Of a stretch of DNA of 64,000 nt, positions 1 to 14,989 are shown piece after piece; position 1 is the first letter of the stretch, and the number at the start of each line of letters is the position of its first letter. The stretch covers positions 17,554 to 81,553 of the forward strand of contig CALSCP010000364.1 of the NCBI GenBank assembly GCA_943704425.1. Direction: 5' to 3'. Both the position numbers and the translations under genes were made by a program. The notes below the pieces were generated by a model that saw only the letters and a list, made by a program, of their open reading frames with translations, was not told where the DNA came from and did no database searches. This stretch comes from Ministeria vibrans ATCC 50519 (lineage: Eukaryota > Protista > Filasterea).

Positions 1-740
1 GGCCACGCGTGCGCTCGCCCGGGAGCCCTCTGCCAGCGCTGCGCACGTCGCAGGAAGAAGCTACAGAACGACCTGCACTACCTGTGTCGTCGTCGAGCCC
101 GTCCAGTGCCCGACAGACCTCCCCTCATCCGACCCATGTTACGCGCCCCTCTCGCGCCGGCTCGTCGACCCCGTCCCCCCGCACCGCCCGCCGTACGTCG
201 CCCTCCCCGAGCCCCGTCCTGCTCAACCCACCCACGCCACGGTCTGCCAGCAGCCCCTCGCTGGGCACCCGTCGTGTGCTGCCACAGATCAAGCGCAAGG
301 ACGTCGACCCCGTCAAGGAACTAGCTGAGGAGGAGACAGTCGTGCTGGGACAGGTACGTGCGCCGGTGGGCAAACGCACTCTCAGCCCGGACCATGAGCC
401 GGAGAGTACCGTATCACCAACCGACGCTGTGTCACCGAGTATTGCGGAGGTACACGTGCCTGGTCACGTGGACGGACACCTTGCTGGTGTTGACATGGTG
501 CAGCGCCAGCGCTATCTGCAAGAGCACCGTGAGCGTCTCATGGTGCGCCGACGTCACGAGGCTGAAGAGGCATTGCGAGCGTATCGTGCGTCACAGGGCG
601 ACGCCGACGAGGCGACGAGCAACGACGACGGTGATGATGGAGATGGCGCCTCAGTCTTGAACGAGGTTGAAGACGACCGGAGAAAGGCCCTGCGTGAGGC
701 GCTCACAGCCAAGCTCAAGCGAGATCTCTTCAATAAATAA
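1..740 (+). CDS. 3' end of a coiled-coil protein resembling CFAP36/CCDC104 (BART-domain cilia protein); 5' part lies outside the window
   Basis: The ORF is open from near the window start. Its C-terminus, RQRYLQEHRERLMVRRR...RRKALREALTAKLKRDLF, resembles the CFAP36 C-terminus as recalled. Confidence 0.45.
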   Translation, partial: PRVRSPGSPLPALRTSQEEATERPALPVSSSSPSSARQTSPHPTHVTRPSRAGSSTPSPRTARRTSPSPSPVLLNPPTPRSASSPSLGTRRVLPQIKRKDVDPVKELAEEETVVLGQVRAPVGKRTLSPDHEPESTVSPTDAVSPSIAEVHVPGHVDGHLAGVDMVQRQRYLQEHRERLMVRRRHEAEEALRAYRASQGDADEATSNDDGDDGDGASVLNEVEDDRRKALREALTAKLKRDLFNK

Positions 741-922
741 CTAACAAACACGGATCGTTGAAGGGCGGGGGGCGCGCGCATGCCTATGTGCTCGTTTGTG
801 GGCGTACGGATGTAGTACCCTATGGGATATCGTCGAACAAACAACAAAAATATTAAAAAATTTAGTACTTTAGTTTTGGTTTGTTAGTTTTATTCTATAG
901 TAGCTTCGAGTACCACGACAAG

Positions 923-1863
923 ATGCTTATTGTACTGGCCGAAGACCACAAAGAGCATCTGAAATTCCTCTCTGAAGTGGACGGAGACGGTAAAGGAGAA
1001 GCGAGAAAAATGCAACTTTGCGTTTGACTGTGCTGCTGCTCGCCTGTGTAGTCGCATCCGAGTTCTGCCGGCTGTCGATGGGGTTTATTCGAAAGGGGCT
1101 GACGACCAAGGTGTTCGCGTCGGCGGCGCGTAAGGAACAGCGCATTTTTGCTTCTTCTGATGCGCTTGCTGTGCTCTCTAGAGAAACTGGGAGTGCCCGT
1201 GGACGCTGTACGGCACTGCGTGGAGGCCATTATGTTTCTGTTGACGGAGAGTAGCAAGTTGTTGGTGTCGGAGATTGATTTTCAGGTCGGCCAAAGAAAA
1301 ACGGAAGAGCTTTTCACTCAACTCGACTCTGCTTAGGACTCGATTATGACACTGGTGCTGCCCAAGGAGACGAGCGACGTGCTGCTGCAGGTAGGAGTCG
1401 AGTGCCGACGACCCGGCCGAGTGACTCTCTCTCTCTCTCTCTCTCTCTCTCCCTTTCTCTTCATCTTTCTCATTCACTCTCTGTCTGTTAGACGTATGTG
1501 GAGAACCGCAAGGAGATCCGGACCATTCTTGCGTCCATGTCCATGTCACTGCGTCATTATTACGATCTGCAGTGGCGCTTTGATGTCATGGTGGCCGGGC
1601 GATGCGTGCGCGCCATGACCAACCCGGTGGTGGTGCTCAAACTGGAGACCAAACAAGGCACTGGTGAGAATACACTTTTGTCATCCGTCGTGTTTTTTTT
1701 TGTTTGTTATTCTTATTTTTCTTTTGCGTGTGTAGACGACGCCATTTCGCATTTGCTGCAGACGGATCCGCTGTCGCTGCGCCATGTTATTGACGTGCTT
1801 GAGACGGCGCACCGTGAGCTCAAGACAGCGCACTGTCGTCGCATTCTGCGCAACATCAAGTAG
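923..1863 (+). CDS. COMMD2: COMM domain-containing protein 2 (multi-exon)
   Basis: Spliced exons give MLIVLAEDHKEHLKFL, LLTESSKLLVSEIDFQ, YYDLQWRFDVMVA and LQTDP...KTAHCRRILRNIK*, matching COMMD2 throughout. GT-AG introns. Confidence 0.92.
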
Positions 1864-1920
1864 CTTCTCGCTAGCTCGCCTCTTTTGTATTGTACTTTTT
1901 TCCGTTTTTTTATTACTCAA

Positions 1921-2939
1921 TCATATCCCTTGGAATTTCTTGTATGCCTCGTGCACAAAGAAGAGCACCATGCAGGCAATGGAAAAGTCCTCAAAGCCAA
2001 AAAACCACGATACGAGTCCCACAAAGGCCAACGGAGGCACCGAAGCTCTCTGCAGCAGCACATAACATTAGTCGAATGGTCCTTTGTGCAGTAATCTCTT
2101 ACAAATTCGCCGTGATAATGAACGCCCCCGGCATGTGGAGGAGCCTCGGGGGGCGCAGGGGCTTCGCCGCGCAGCTGCTCGGTGCGCTGTCGCAATTGCG
2201 TCTCAAGTGAGTCGTCGATTACCTCCGGCGCTTCATCTGCGTCGTCGTTGTGTGTGGAGTAAGAAAGTGATTGTATAAGTGAGCGAGTGAGTGTATGATT
2301 GTATGAGTGAGTGAGTAAGTCAGTCAGTCAGTGAGTGANNNNNNNNNNNNNNNNNNNNNNGTGTGTGTGTGTGTGCGTGTATCAGTGTGTGTATGTATTA
2401 GTGTGAGTAAGATACAGATCAAAGGGAATGGGAAAGTCGTGGCCTACCTCGATCCAGTCGTCTTCGGTTGATGATTTCGCGCAGGGTGAATGCGGGGTGG
2501 ATGGCGACAATGTAGGTGCGACACGACGGGCATTTCCAATTGCTACGGGGCGCCGACGCCAAGTGCTGGAGGATGCAGCGAGCACAAAACGAATGGCCAC
2601 AGCTAATGTCTGTCGCCTGCGCAGTGTGTCAGTCAGACGGGGGGAAGGGGAACGAGGGGTTTCTTACTTGGACATACTCGCACTGCAAAGTTCACGATTC
2701 GACACATCAGCAGAGAAGAGAAATAAACAGAGGCGGATAAGGAGACAACGCAGACTACTGTGACGTACCAAGCAGATAGGGCAGGTGAGCGAGGATTCTT
2801 CGCTTGGTTCGGATGGTCTGGGGGCAGTGTCGGGAACAGTCTGGCTTGCCGGCGGTGGGGGCGGCGGGGCATCCAGATCAGACACGTCTGGGTACAGTGA
2901 CGAGTATGGCGGTGCAGATGGGCCAGAAGGTTGAGTCAT
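1921..2939 (-). CDS. RING-HC E3 ubiquitin ligase with C-terminal hydrophobic (membrane-anchor) segment, RNF170/RNF5-like architecture
   Basis: Exons encode CPICL, SCGHSFCARCI and WKCPSCR. The last exon (after a ctgcag acceptor) reads RASVPPLAFVGLVSWFFGFEDFSIACMVLFFVHEAYKKFQGI*. Confidence 0.7.
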
Positions 2940-3053
2940 TTTTAAATAAAAAATAAAATTAATGCTGCGGACTTGGGNNNNNNNNNNNNNNNTTACTTAG
3001 ATCAAAAGTTCAAACTTCAAAGTTCAAGTCAAATCAAATTTTTATTGTTTGCA

Positions 3054-4133
3054 ATGTCTCGGGGCGGCCCTGGTATGGCGAGCGGGGCTGGCTCGTCGAC
3101 GTCGGGCCAGCGCATGATGGACATTGCCAAGGGCTGCGAGGGTGTCAATACGTTTACCGCCGCCGAAATCGAGTTTCTTGCCGAAGATGTGCCCGTGACA
3201 ATCCTTCCAAACTTTAGCATGGACCCACTTGAGCTGATCCAGGTGCGTGCAGGGCTGTTTATCAGTGGCCTTTGTTGCTTTTCACTTTTTGGCGCTCTTT
3301 CGTTGTTTTTCAACGCCAAACGAGTCACTCGACTCCAAACGCCCACCCAACCGCTCTTGAGCCTGTGTGACTCGTGTCCATTGACCACCCGTCAGCTTTA
3401 AGCGACGCTCCATTGCTCCTTTTGCCAACGTTGCTCTTTTTAACCTCTTCGCTTTTCGTCAGGGCGCTGTTGGACCGTTTCAGCCTTCCCGTCCCGTCGA
3501 CGTGCCTCTCTGGTTAGCAATAGTGTTTAAGAAGAGGCAAAAGTGCAAAATACAGCCTCCTTCCTGGCTCGAAGTGGGTATGCCAGTCAATCAATCAGCA
3601 TTCCGTGCTATTCATCCAGTAACTAGTATTTTATATTGTATGCAAACCTGTGTAGAGTTTCTCACCGAAGCACGGAATCGAGAGCGAGATGAGAAGGGAG
3701 CGTTTGTTAAGATGCCCGATCATTTTATGGAAATCTCGTTGGTTCTTCTCGACAAGTAGGCCACCAAAGGAAAAGAGGAACGATGCAATTCAATGCTGTC
3801 TTCTTGCTTTAGCGCACCTGACGATGTGCCAATGGCCAATCAGGTTCGGTTGTTGCTGCAGGATCTGTGGGAGACACGTTATGCCAAGGCACGAAATGGC
3901 CTGCGCTCACTCGACGCGGAAACGACCTTTGTGCAGGTCAGCCTATAGGATGCACAACAAAATGACACAGCGTACCCCCACATCTTCTCACTCGCCTCTT
4001 TATGTAGTTGAACAACATGTCACAGATGGAGCTGAACATGATCCGACCGTTTTTCGCGCAGGCCATGGACCAGTTTTTCTCGCTGCGTCTGGCGCGCGAC
4101 AGTCTCACGCAAGACGACCAAGACGACCGCTGA
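3054..4133 (+). CDS. GINS2: GINS complex subunit 2 (Psf2), multi-exon
   Basis: EIEFLAEDVPVTILPNF, GPFQPSRPVDVPLWLAIVFKKRQKCKIQPPSWL and LNNMSQMELNMIRPF are Psf2 hallmarks. Confidence 0.93.
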
Positions 4134-4266
4134 GGGGCCCGTGCGCAGCGTGCACCGCAGTAGCAACAGTAGTGTAACATTGATGAAGATACAAACAAAA
4201 CAAAAAATACGTATACATATTAACTTAACAATGCCAATTTGATCGTGGCTGTGCCCTTCTATATAT

Positions 4267-5120
4267 CTATGGGCTCCCTTCGGTCAGTGTGTGTGTGCGC
4301 TGTCGTTTGCGCTCCCGCTCCGTCTTGATTTGTCGCGCATAGCACACAGTCCGCCATTCAGTCTCTTTGGCGTCAAGAGACATGGTTGCGTGCGCAGGGC
4401 TGGTCGATGGGAGCACAAAGAGCGAGAGGGTGCGCGTGGCAGTGTCTTCGACTGCGCTTGTGTCGTCGTCACGCAGAAGTCGTTTGAACACTCGCTCAGC
4501 ACGCTCATTGCCAGTCCGCAGGCGGATTCCCTCCGTATCGCCATCACCCGTGCACCATAATCGGTGTTGCTGCTGGAAGAACGTTGCCGCCTGTTGACTG
4601 TTGAAGACTGAGCGACAAAGGATCCAAAACAATTAACTAAGTCATTATTGTACTCTTGGTGTTAGGTTTCAGTTCGTACCAATCGCATCGATTGACGGAT
4701 TCCTCTGTAGCACCTCCAGAACACCGCTAGACGTTGGGGCCACAATGGCCGAGTCGAGCGAGCCCGTGCGCGTACAGCGAGCAATCACATCCCACAGCGC
4801 AAAGCCCGCCGCCAGCAGCGCCTCCATCTGCGCCCTGTACGGCGTCGTCTGTCGCTCAAATCCCAGACAGCGCCCTGCAATCGTCCAGAAGGCATTTTGA
4901 GGATGTCCGTAGTACTGCGTCTTGGCGAGACTCTGCACAGAGGGACAACTGCAGAGAGAGTGGTACTTAAACGAAGTTCACAAGTTTCAGTTTCAGTTTG
5001 TGCACACCTTCCCAATATCAGAGTGTGGGGCGCCACGTCTCGTGACACCTGCGGATCAAATCCTAGCACTTCGTGTGCAGACGACGCCGCAGTTGGCGTG
5101 ATCATCTTTCGTTTGCTCAT
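4267..5120 (-). CDS. Uracil-DNA glycosylase superfamily, family 6-type DNA-deoxyinosine (hypoxanthine) glycosylase; two introns
   Basis: Motifs LILG..PS..SL...QYYGHPQNAFW, ALWDVIARC.R.GSLDSAI, FNSQQA and LPSTSPA are typical of HDG/Mug-like enzymes. Confidence 0.8.
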
Positions 5121-5839
5121 CGATTTAAAATTAGTGACTTGGATTTTTTTCAATCTTTTTCACTCTCTCAACCTCACCACAGAATATCATGGACTCTCCG
5201 TAAGTTCTACATAAATTAAAGTTTACATAGTCTCTTGCGTTTGTACGCAAGCAGTGTTCACTTGCACTAGAGAGAGAAAAAAAAACCTGTGAAGTTTGTT
5301 TGTTTGCCGATGTCGACTGCCACTCTTGTGGACTGGCAAACGGCACCAGCGCCAGTCGATGGCACTTAAGCGCATGTGTATGGTGCGGTGGGCGTGCGCA
5401 TAGCGGCTCCCACGCCCGTCCAGTGCCAGAATCAGCAGTTCGATTACGTTGCAAAAAAACGAGGAAAAAAAAAAACTTTTTCGGTGTTGGGCAAATGGAG
5501 TGAAAATATTGCTTGACGAACACGTGCATAACATGTGTCGCATAGCACTGGAGCACCGTGGGCTATTGCAACGGCAGCTTGTTGTGCGACGTGGTCTTTT
5601 TTTTGACGAAACGACTCGCTGTTGGTTTGTTTGCCCCACTGCCAAATCTCAGCCGAACGTCTACCTTTCGCACCGTCGTGTCGTGATTGTCGCTTAATCA
5701 TGGTGTTTATGCATGATGCACTACATTAGAATCGTTTGCATGAACTTATTCGGAACATATGACGTTTTTTTTTTTTTCCTAATGTTACGCGTCGCCTCTT
5801 TTATTTTTTTTGATCTTCAACTTTTTTTCTCCGTCTCAG

Positions 5840-7691
5840 ACGAACTCCACGCACACCCAACCGGACCAAACGGCGTCGTGACGAAGTGTCGCCCCCGCAA
5901 TTTGACACGGCCATCGATGCGCGCGCCCGCAAGAACTGCGACTCGCCCATGGCGCGCGAGAATGGCGCCGCCAACTCAAACGGCGTCTACGACTCGCCGC
6001 GCGCCTACAAGCGCTCACGACGCTCAGACGTGGCGTCACCGGGTGCTGCCTCGACAGGCGCGGACTCGCCGAGCACTCCGCAGGGAGCGTCGCCCACGGC
6101 ACGGCGGACCAAGGGCAAGGGCATCCTCAAGCGCGCCAAGACGATGACGCAGGTCATGATGCACTCCATGACCCCCGACCGGCTCAAGAGCAAGGCCGTC
6201 TACAAGTCGGTCATGAAGACAGTCCAGTCGCCGACGCGCGGCATGTCGCTGCGCAAGCAATTGCTTAGCCCCAAGAAAGCACAGACTCCCGGACGCAACA
6301 CCAACAGCGACTACAACCGCTTTCAGAAGGAGAAGGAGAAGGAGAGCAGTGCGTCGGGTGCCCTTGGGCGCAGAGGATCAGTCAAGACGACTCGCAGCGC
6401 AACGGCAACATCATCGTCGGATGCCAACACGAACGAGTGGACAGAGACTGTCACGGCCGAGTTGCTCGAGTCGCTGCCCAAACAGGATATTCTGCGCCAG
6501 TCCATTATCCACGAGCTGTTCAAGCTGGTGTACTTGTTCCAGCGGGACGTCACAACGACGCAACGGGTTGTGTTGAGATCACTTCAGCAGCTGGGCAGTG
6601 ACTACATGTCGGACGAGGAGCACAGAGCCATCTTTGCCAACTGGGAGGACTTTGTGGCGCCCAATGAGACGTTTATCAAGGCGCTGTCGGGTGCACGCCT
6701 GGCCAATGGCATGTACGGACCCATTGGGGCAGCCGTGCTGGGCTGGGTGACAACACTTGACGTGTACAAGGAGTACATTTCGCGCCAAGTCAACGCAGCG
6801 GAGGACCTCAACGTCGCCATGCGCACCAACAAAAACTTCAGCGACGTGCTCGAGCGTTACGAGAACATCAAGGCAAGCGAGCGCCTTGACCTCAAGGCCC
6901 ACTTGGACCATCCTCGCCGCGTCTTTCAGCAGTACCCGCTGGTGCTGCAGCGCCTTATCAAGTGCACGCCGACCGAGCACGCAGACCACGCCAAGTTGCA
7001 GATGGGCCTGACCAAGCTGGAGCAGGCGGTGCAGGAGACGGACGCACAGGCGGGCCATGCCAACCTCGTTGTGCTCAACCGAAAGCTAGCCTTCCCGCCC
7101 GAGAACAAGATGCGCCCCGACATTGACGGACCAGCACGTCGTTTGCTCCGCGAGGGCGTTGTCAAGCTGCGTGACGGCGATGGCTACGCCGTCCTCCTCA
7201 ACAACTACCTTTACATGACCAAGCGCACGATCAAGGATCACCGCGCCGTCTTTACCGTCGTCCGTTTCGGCGCCATGCCCCTCGAGCGCGTCCACGTTAC
7301 CCTCCCCGGCGAGTCGCTCAACCCTGACGCGCCCGCCACGTCGGACGTTTTCAGCGGTGCTACCGCTGCCGCAGAGCGTCCCGTGCGCCGCTCGGCATCT
7401 ACTACAAGCCGCACTTTCGAGTACTCCAACAGCACATTGCGTCGCAAGGAGGCGGCCGCTCTCACGACCTTCTACGTGACACTCACGGCACGTCAGGCGG
7501 CGACGAGTGCCGTTCAAAAGATCTTTAAGGTGACCGTACCGACCATCGACGACTGTCATGCGTGGGTGCACGCCATCACAGACGCCGCACATCAGCGCAG
7601 GGCCGACCTCCACCTGCTTGACTCATTGTCCGATCAAGAGGACGACAACGACAGCGACAGCGATGGCCTCGACGCCTCCTCGTCCGTCTAA
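5840..7691 (+). CDS. Dbl-family RhoGEF (DH-PH), NET1/ARHGEF3-like; probably has an unidentified upstream exon
   Basis: DH motifs RQSIIHELF, AIFANWED and LDHPRRVFQQYPLVLQRLIKCTP, followed by a PH-like region (RRLLREG...AWVHAI). A polypyrimidine/cag acceptor ends at about 5839. Confidence 0.8.
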
Positions 7692-7852
7692 CTCCCCGAC
7701 TCTTACTCGTTTGCCTGTCTAATTATCTCTCTCTCTCTTTCTTTCTGTGCGTGTCGTACCCTTCCCTAATTTAATCTGCTCAATACAATTTCACATGAAA
7801 CTTGTTGCATTCACTCCGTCGATGCATGTGTCTGTGTCGCACCGCCCGTGTA

Positions 7853-10230
<2,378 letters not shown>

Positions 10231-10404
10231 CGTCAGCTTCGGCCGAAGCTGCGCGTTTCATTTCTTAGTCGTTACAGTAAATTAGTGTGTAAACACTAAA
10301 CTGTAATATAAAAACAGAAACGTTTCATTTGTCTGTCGAGAATAACACTCGAGATCAGTCAAAAGAGAAAAATCTAGTCAGACAAAAACCTCACGTTCAC
10401 AGTG

Positions 10405-11113
10405 ATGGTGCGCGTTCTTGTTCCGATCACGACGGACAGCGAAGAGATTGAAAGCGTTTCGATTATAGATACACTTGTGCGCGCAGGTGCGTCGGTCACC
10501 GTCGCGTCTGCGGAGAACCAACTCCAGGCAAGTTCACACCAACGCAAACCCGCAACGTGAAAACACGCTCGTTCCGTCGACAGGTACGATGCTCTCGCGG
10601 CGTGAATCTTGTAGCCGACGTGCTTCTGAGCGATGTCGCTGTTGACACGCTCTTCGATGCCATTGCCATTCCAGGAGGTGAGTTCCGCGCGACCAAAAGT
10701 GAGTGAGTCGTGTTCACCCCCCTTCTTCCGTTCAGGCTCCGGTGCCAAAGCGCTGGCGTCAAATGCGCACCTGTCTGCCCTGCTTCAGAGTCATTATGAA
10801 GCAGGCCGCATTGTGGCGGCTGTCTGTGCGGCTCCGGCACTCGTTTTGGCGCCATTGGGACTGCTGGATGGCAAGAGAGCGACCGGCTATCCTGCGACAC
10901 ACGACAACATCCCAAACTGCGTTCGCGATGAGGCGGTTGTGCGCGACGGTACAACCCATTGAACGACCCCATTGCATTCAATGCCCCTCTGTAGGCAATG
11001 TGATCACTGCTACTGGGCCCGCGACTTCGATTCGCTTTGCTATTGAGATTGCCGACGCACTATTTGGAGCGGAGATGAGCGCGACGCTTCGAAAGCAGAT
11101 GCTCGTCGACTGA
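10405..11113 (+). CDS. DJ-1/PfpI (PARK7/YajL-like) glyoxalase/deglycase
   Basis: VLVPITTDSEEIESVSIIDTLVRAGA, FDAIAIPGG, AAVCAAP (catalytic Cys), ATGYP and NVITATGPATSIRFA. Confidence 0.9.
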
Positions 11114-11189
11114 AGACCGAAGAGCAGCATTTTGATATTATATAGACCAAAAAGAAAAAATAAGTGTTACAATATGGTATTTTCTGTTT

Positions 11190-11620
11190 TCAAGAGAAGT
11201 CTCTGTCGGGCAACACAGCGGGAGCAATGACAGTCCAGAGATAGAGCAGCCACACCAGCCAGGAGGAGACCATCTGGACCCACAGCGACGCATCGTCCGA
11301 GCCCAGTGTCACCAGTTGCTGCAGAAAAAACCAATGAGTCAGTTAGAAGGCAGAGGGAGGGGGGTGAGGGGTACATTGTGGACTGTGGGATGGACAAAGC
11401 CCGTGAGGAGCAGCGCAGAGTACATTGCCGCACCGGCATACGTCACATGAAACCAGAAGTACGAATACTTGGTCGCCTACATAGATGTACAAGCAAGGAC
11501 TGAGCGGGTGTTGTTGATGTGTATCTGTGTGTTTGTGTGGCGTACATCTGCTTCGTCGTTGTACTCGTCCATGTCCCCCCGTTCAGTATCGCGCTGGAGC
11601 AAAGGTGTCTCGTTTGACGC
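11190..11620 (-). CDS. SERINC: Last three exons of a Serinc (serine incorporator/TDE) gene whose 5' part is at 28956-30700
   Basis: Minus-strand exons read ASNETPLL..DEYNDEAD / ATKYSYFWFHVTYAGAAMYSALLLTGF / ...SLWVQMVSSWLVWLLYLWTVIAPAVLPDRDFS*, the conserved Serinc C-terminus. Confidence 0.88.
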
Positions 11621-11657
11621 CTGCAGTCCATTTCGCGTCAGTCTCCATTCTCCCCTT

Positions 11658-11692
<35 letters not shown>

Positions 11693-11697
11693 CTTAG

Positions 11698-14600
11698 GAC
11701 AAAGCTGTGCTGTCGAAGATCAACTGGCACTACATCATCATTGACGAAGGGCACCGCATGAAGAATCACAATTGCAAACTGTCGCAGACACTCACTCAAC
11801 ACTACAGCTCGGCCAACCGTCTTCTGTTGAGTGGCACTCCCCTTCAGAACAACCTTCAAGAGATGTGGGCGCTTCTCAACTTCTTGCTTCCGTCCATTTT
11901 CAACTCACCCGAGACCTTTGACGAGTGGTTCAACAAGCCATTTGCCAACACGGGCGAGAAACTTGAGCTCACCGAGGAAGAGACCATTCTTGTGCTCCGT
12001 CGACTTCACAAGGTGACACACACCCTCGCACACATATAATGATTATAATATATACACACACATACATTCATTCACAACCTCTTTTTTTGTCATTGTCCGG
12101 TTGCTTATCCCTTTCCTTCTTTTTAGGTGTTGCGCCCGTTTCTGTTGCGTCGGCTGAAAAAGGACGTGGAGAGCCAACTGCCCGACAAGGTGGAGTATGT
12201 GTTGAAATGCGAGATGTCGGGGCTGCAGCGCCGTGTATACCTCAAGATGAAGGACAAAGGGATCCTTCTGACGGAGAATGGCAGCAAGAAGCCCGGCAAG
12301 ACTTCACAGAACCAGCTTATGAACACCATTATGCAACTGCGCAAGATCTGCAACCACCCGTTTATGTTCCAGGAGGTTGAACTCGCCATGGCCCGCCACC
12401 TCGGCTACACCACCAACACGGTGCATGGCCGCGATCTTGTGCGCGCTGCTGGCAAATTTGAGCTCCTTGATCGGCTGTTGCCGAAGCTCATTCGCTTCAA
12501 CCATCGTGTTCTCATGTTTTGTCAGGTACGGTGGACACATTTTTTTTGTCGAGCCAGCAAACCCCCGTGTATGCCCAAGACTGATGCCAGACGTGTTTCT
12601 TTTTTTCTTTTCTTTTTTTCATTTTTTTTTCTCACAGATGACCAATCTGATGACGGTGATGGAGGACTTTTTGGCGTGGAAAGGGATCAAATATCTGCGT
12701 TTGGATGGTAGCACGAAGCCAGAGGAGCGCGGAGAGCTACTGGAGAAGTTCAATGCGCCCGACTCGCCCTACTTTCTGTTTCTGCTGTCGACTCGCGCCG
12801 GTGGACTCGGGCTCAACCTGCAAACGGCGGACACGGTGATCATCTTTGACTCGGACTGGAACCCGCATCAGGACCAACAGGCCCAGGACCGCGCACACCG
12901 CATTGGGCAGAAGAACGAAGTGCGTGTCTTCCGACTCGTCATTGCCAATTCGGTGGAGGAGAAGATTCTGGCAGCGGCGCAGTACAAACTGGACATGGAC
13001 GAGAAGGTCATTCAAGCAGGCAAGTTTGACCAGAAATCGACGGGTGCGGAGCGTCGTCAGCTCCTTGAGGCGCTTGTGAGTGGAGGTGAGCGCGACGAGG
13101 ACGAAGAGGAAGAGGTATAGTATTTGTATTATTTTTATTATTCTTAATATTTTTATTATTATTAATTTTAATATTATTTATATTAATTATTAGCTGGTTG
13201 ACGATGAGATGCTGAACACAATGGTGGCGCGTACGGACGAGGAGTTTGCGGTGTTTCAGCAGATGGACTTGGACGTGCGGGCGCAGGACGAGCATCGGCT
13301 GTTTCAGGAGAAGGAGCTGCCCGAGGAGATGCTGGTTGACGAACCAGAGGTGGACAGCGAGGAGCTGGCCGCCCAGGCCGCTGCTGACTTTGGCCGCGGA
13401 CGGCGTGAGCGCAAGGATGTCGCCTATGACGATGGAATGAGCGAGGCGCAGTTCTTACGCGTATGACTCTATACATGGATACTGAGGAGCGACAATTTTG
13501 GCGGACTAACTGTCTACGTTTGTTGTTCTTGTTGTTGTCATTCTGTCAGGCGGCTGAGGCAGGCGAGATTGACGAGTCACTGTCGCGCAAACGCTCACGC
13601 AGTAGGGCAATGGGGAGCCCAACGAGCAGCGGCTATGTGTCACCTGCGGTTGGCTCACGCGTATTCTATCACACAACACTTTCTGGTACGAGAACCTGAT
13701 TTTTGTGCTTGTTTGTTTGTAGGCCCAGTCTCCGTCGGGTGGTGATCCACACTTGCGATCCCTGTTGTTGTTGCTGTATTCACAAATGACCGAACAGAAG
13801 GACGCGTAAGCACACACACACACACACACACCACAAAGACATACACCACAAAGACACACACACACACAAAGACATTCACCACAAAGACACACACACAAAC
13901 ACAAACACAAACACACACTCACTCTCTTACGCTTGACTTCTACTCACTTGTTCACCTGCCGCAACCTTGCTCACTTCACGTTTTCACCCACTCACTTTTT
14001 TTACTCCGTTTGTTGCAGCAATGGCGATCAGCTTGTGATGGACTTTGTGCGCCTTCCGTCTCGTCGCGACTTGCCCTATTACTACACTGTCATTCAGCAA
14101 CCAATGGACTTTGTTCGTATCAAGGTACTTTTTCTTTTATTCCTTTGAATCTCCCTTATAGTTTTTTTTTTTGTTGTCGATTGTTCGATGATGTAGTCTA
14201 AGATTTCTCAGAATCGCTATGGAAGCGTCGACGAAATGGCTGCCGACGTTATGTACGAGAGAAAATTTAACACATTACACTCACATACACACACACACTC
14301 ACTCACTCTCACCCTCTTTCTTTTTCTCTCACACTTTGTTTCTCTCCCCCTCCCCCTTCTCTCTCACACTTTGTTTCTTTCTCCCTACTCCTTTTCTCTT
14401 TCTCCTTCTCTACACTTAGACTTCTATGTGACAATGCTGAGCAGTTCAATCAGGAGGACTCGGAAATCTATCAGACGTCCAAGCAGATTCGACAGTTGTG
14501 GAGAGACGTGACGCAATCGGTGCTCGGCGAGACGCTCCATGACGAGACCGCCACCACCACCACCACCACGGAAGACGCTGCGACCCCGCGCGTCCTCATT

Positions 14601-14711
14601 CGTATGCAAGCGCCCAAGCGCAGTGCTGACGAGGCCTCTCACGATGCAGGTTGTGACACGTCGACTGCCCCCGAATGGGAGACCGAGCCCAAACGCCCGC
14701 GTCTCGATTAG
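11698..14711 (+). CDS. SMARCA4: SWI/SNF ATPase (SMARCA2/4, Brahma/Snf2 type) with bromodomain; 5'-truncated (no QLQ/HSA or motif I in the window)
   Basis: [76 protein letters not shown], SnAC-like [15 protein letters not shown] and bromodomain [11 protein letters not shown]...PMDF...NAEQFN. Begins at the acceptor after a poly-T run. Confidence 0.93.
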
Positions 14712-14989
14712 AAGTAAATCAACTGAAGAAGAAGAAGAAGAAGACATTTCCAATTTATTATCAATCACAAACGAAAAGCCACAACACAAACAGCTCAGAA
14801 CCACCTTCTAAGCTACGGGAGCGAACTGATTTTTTTTTTATAATAATTGTGACTTCAATTTCTTTTAAAACTATTTTGATTGAAGTAATAAAATAAATTA
14901 ATGAGTCGCCGGCACACACTTAATCTTCCTCTCCCTTGCCTTACGCCGTGCTGCACTTTGCTTTGCACGCCTGGCACCGTTGATCTAGA

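Noticed and set aside
11698-14711. SNF2 as a naturally truncated pseudogene
   Set aside because: The remaining exons are intact and conserved, and the truncation coincides with the homopolymer junction, which favours an assembly artefact.
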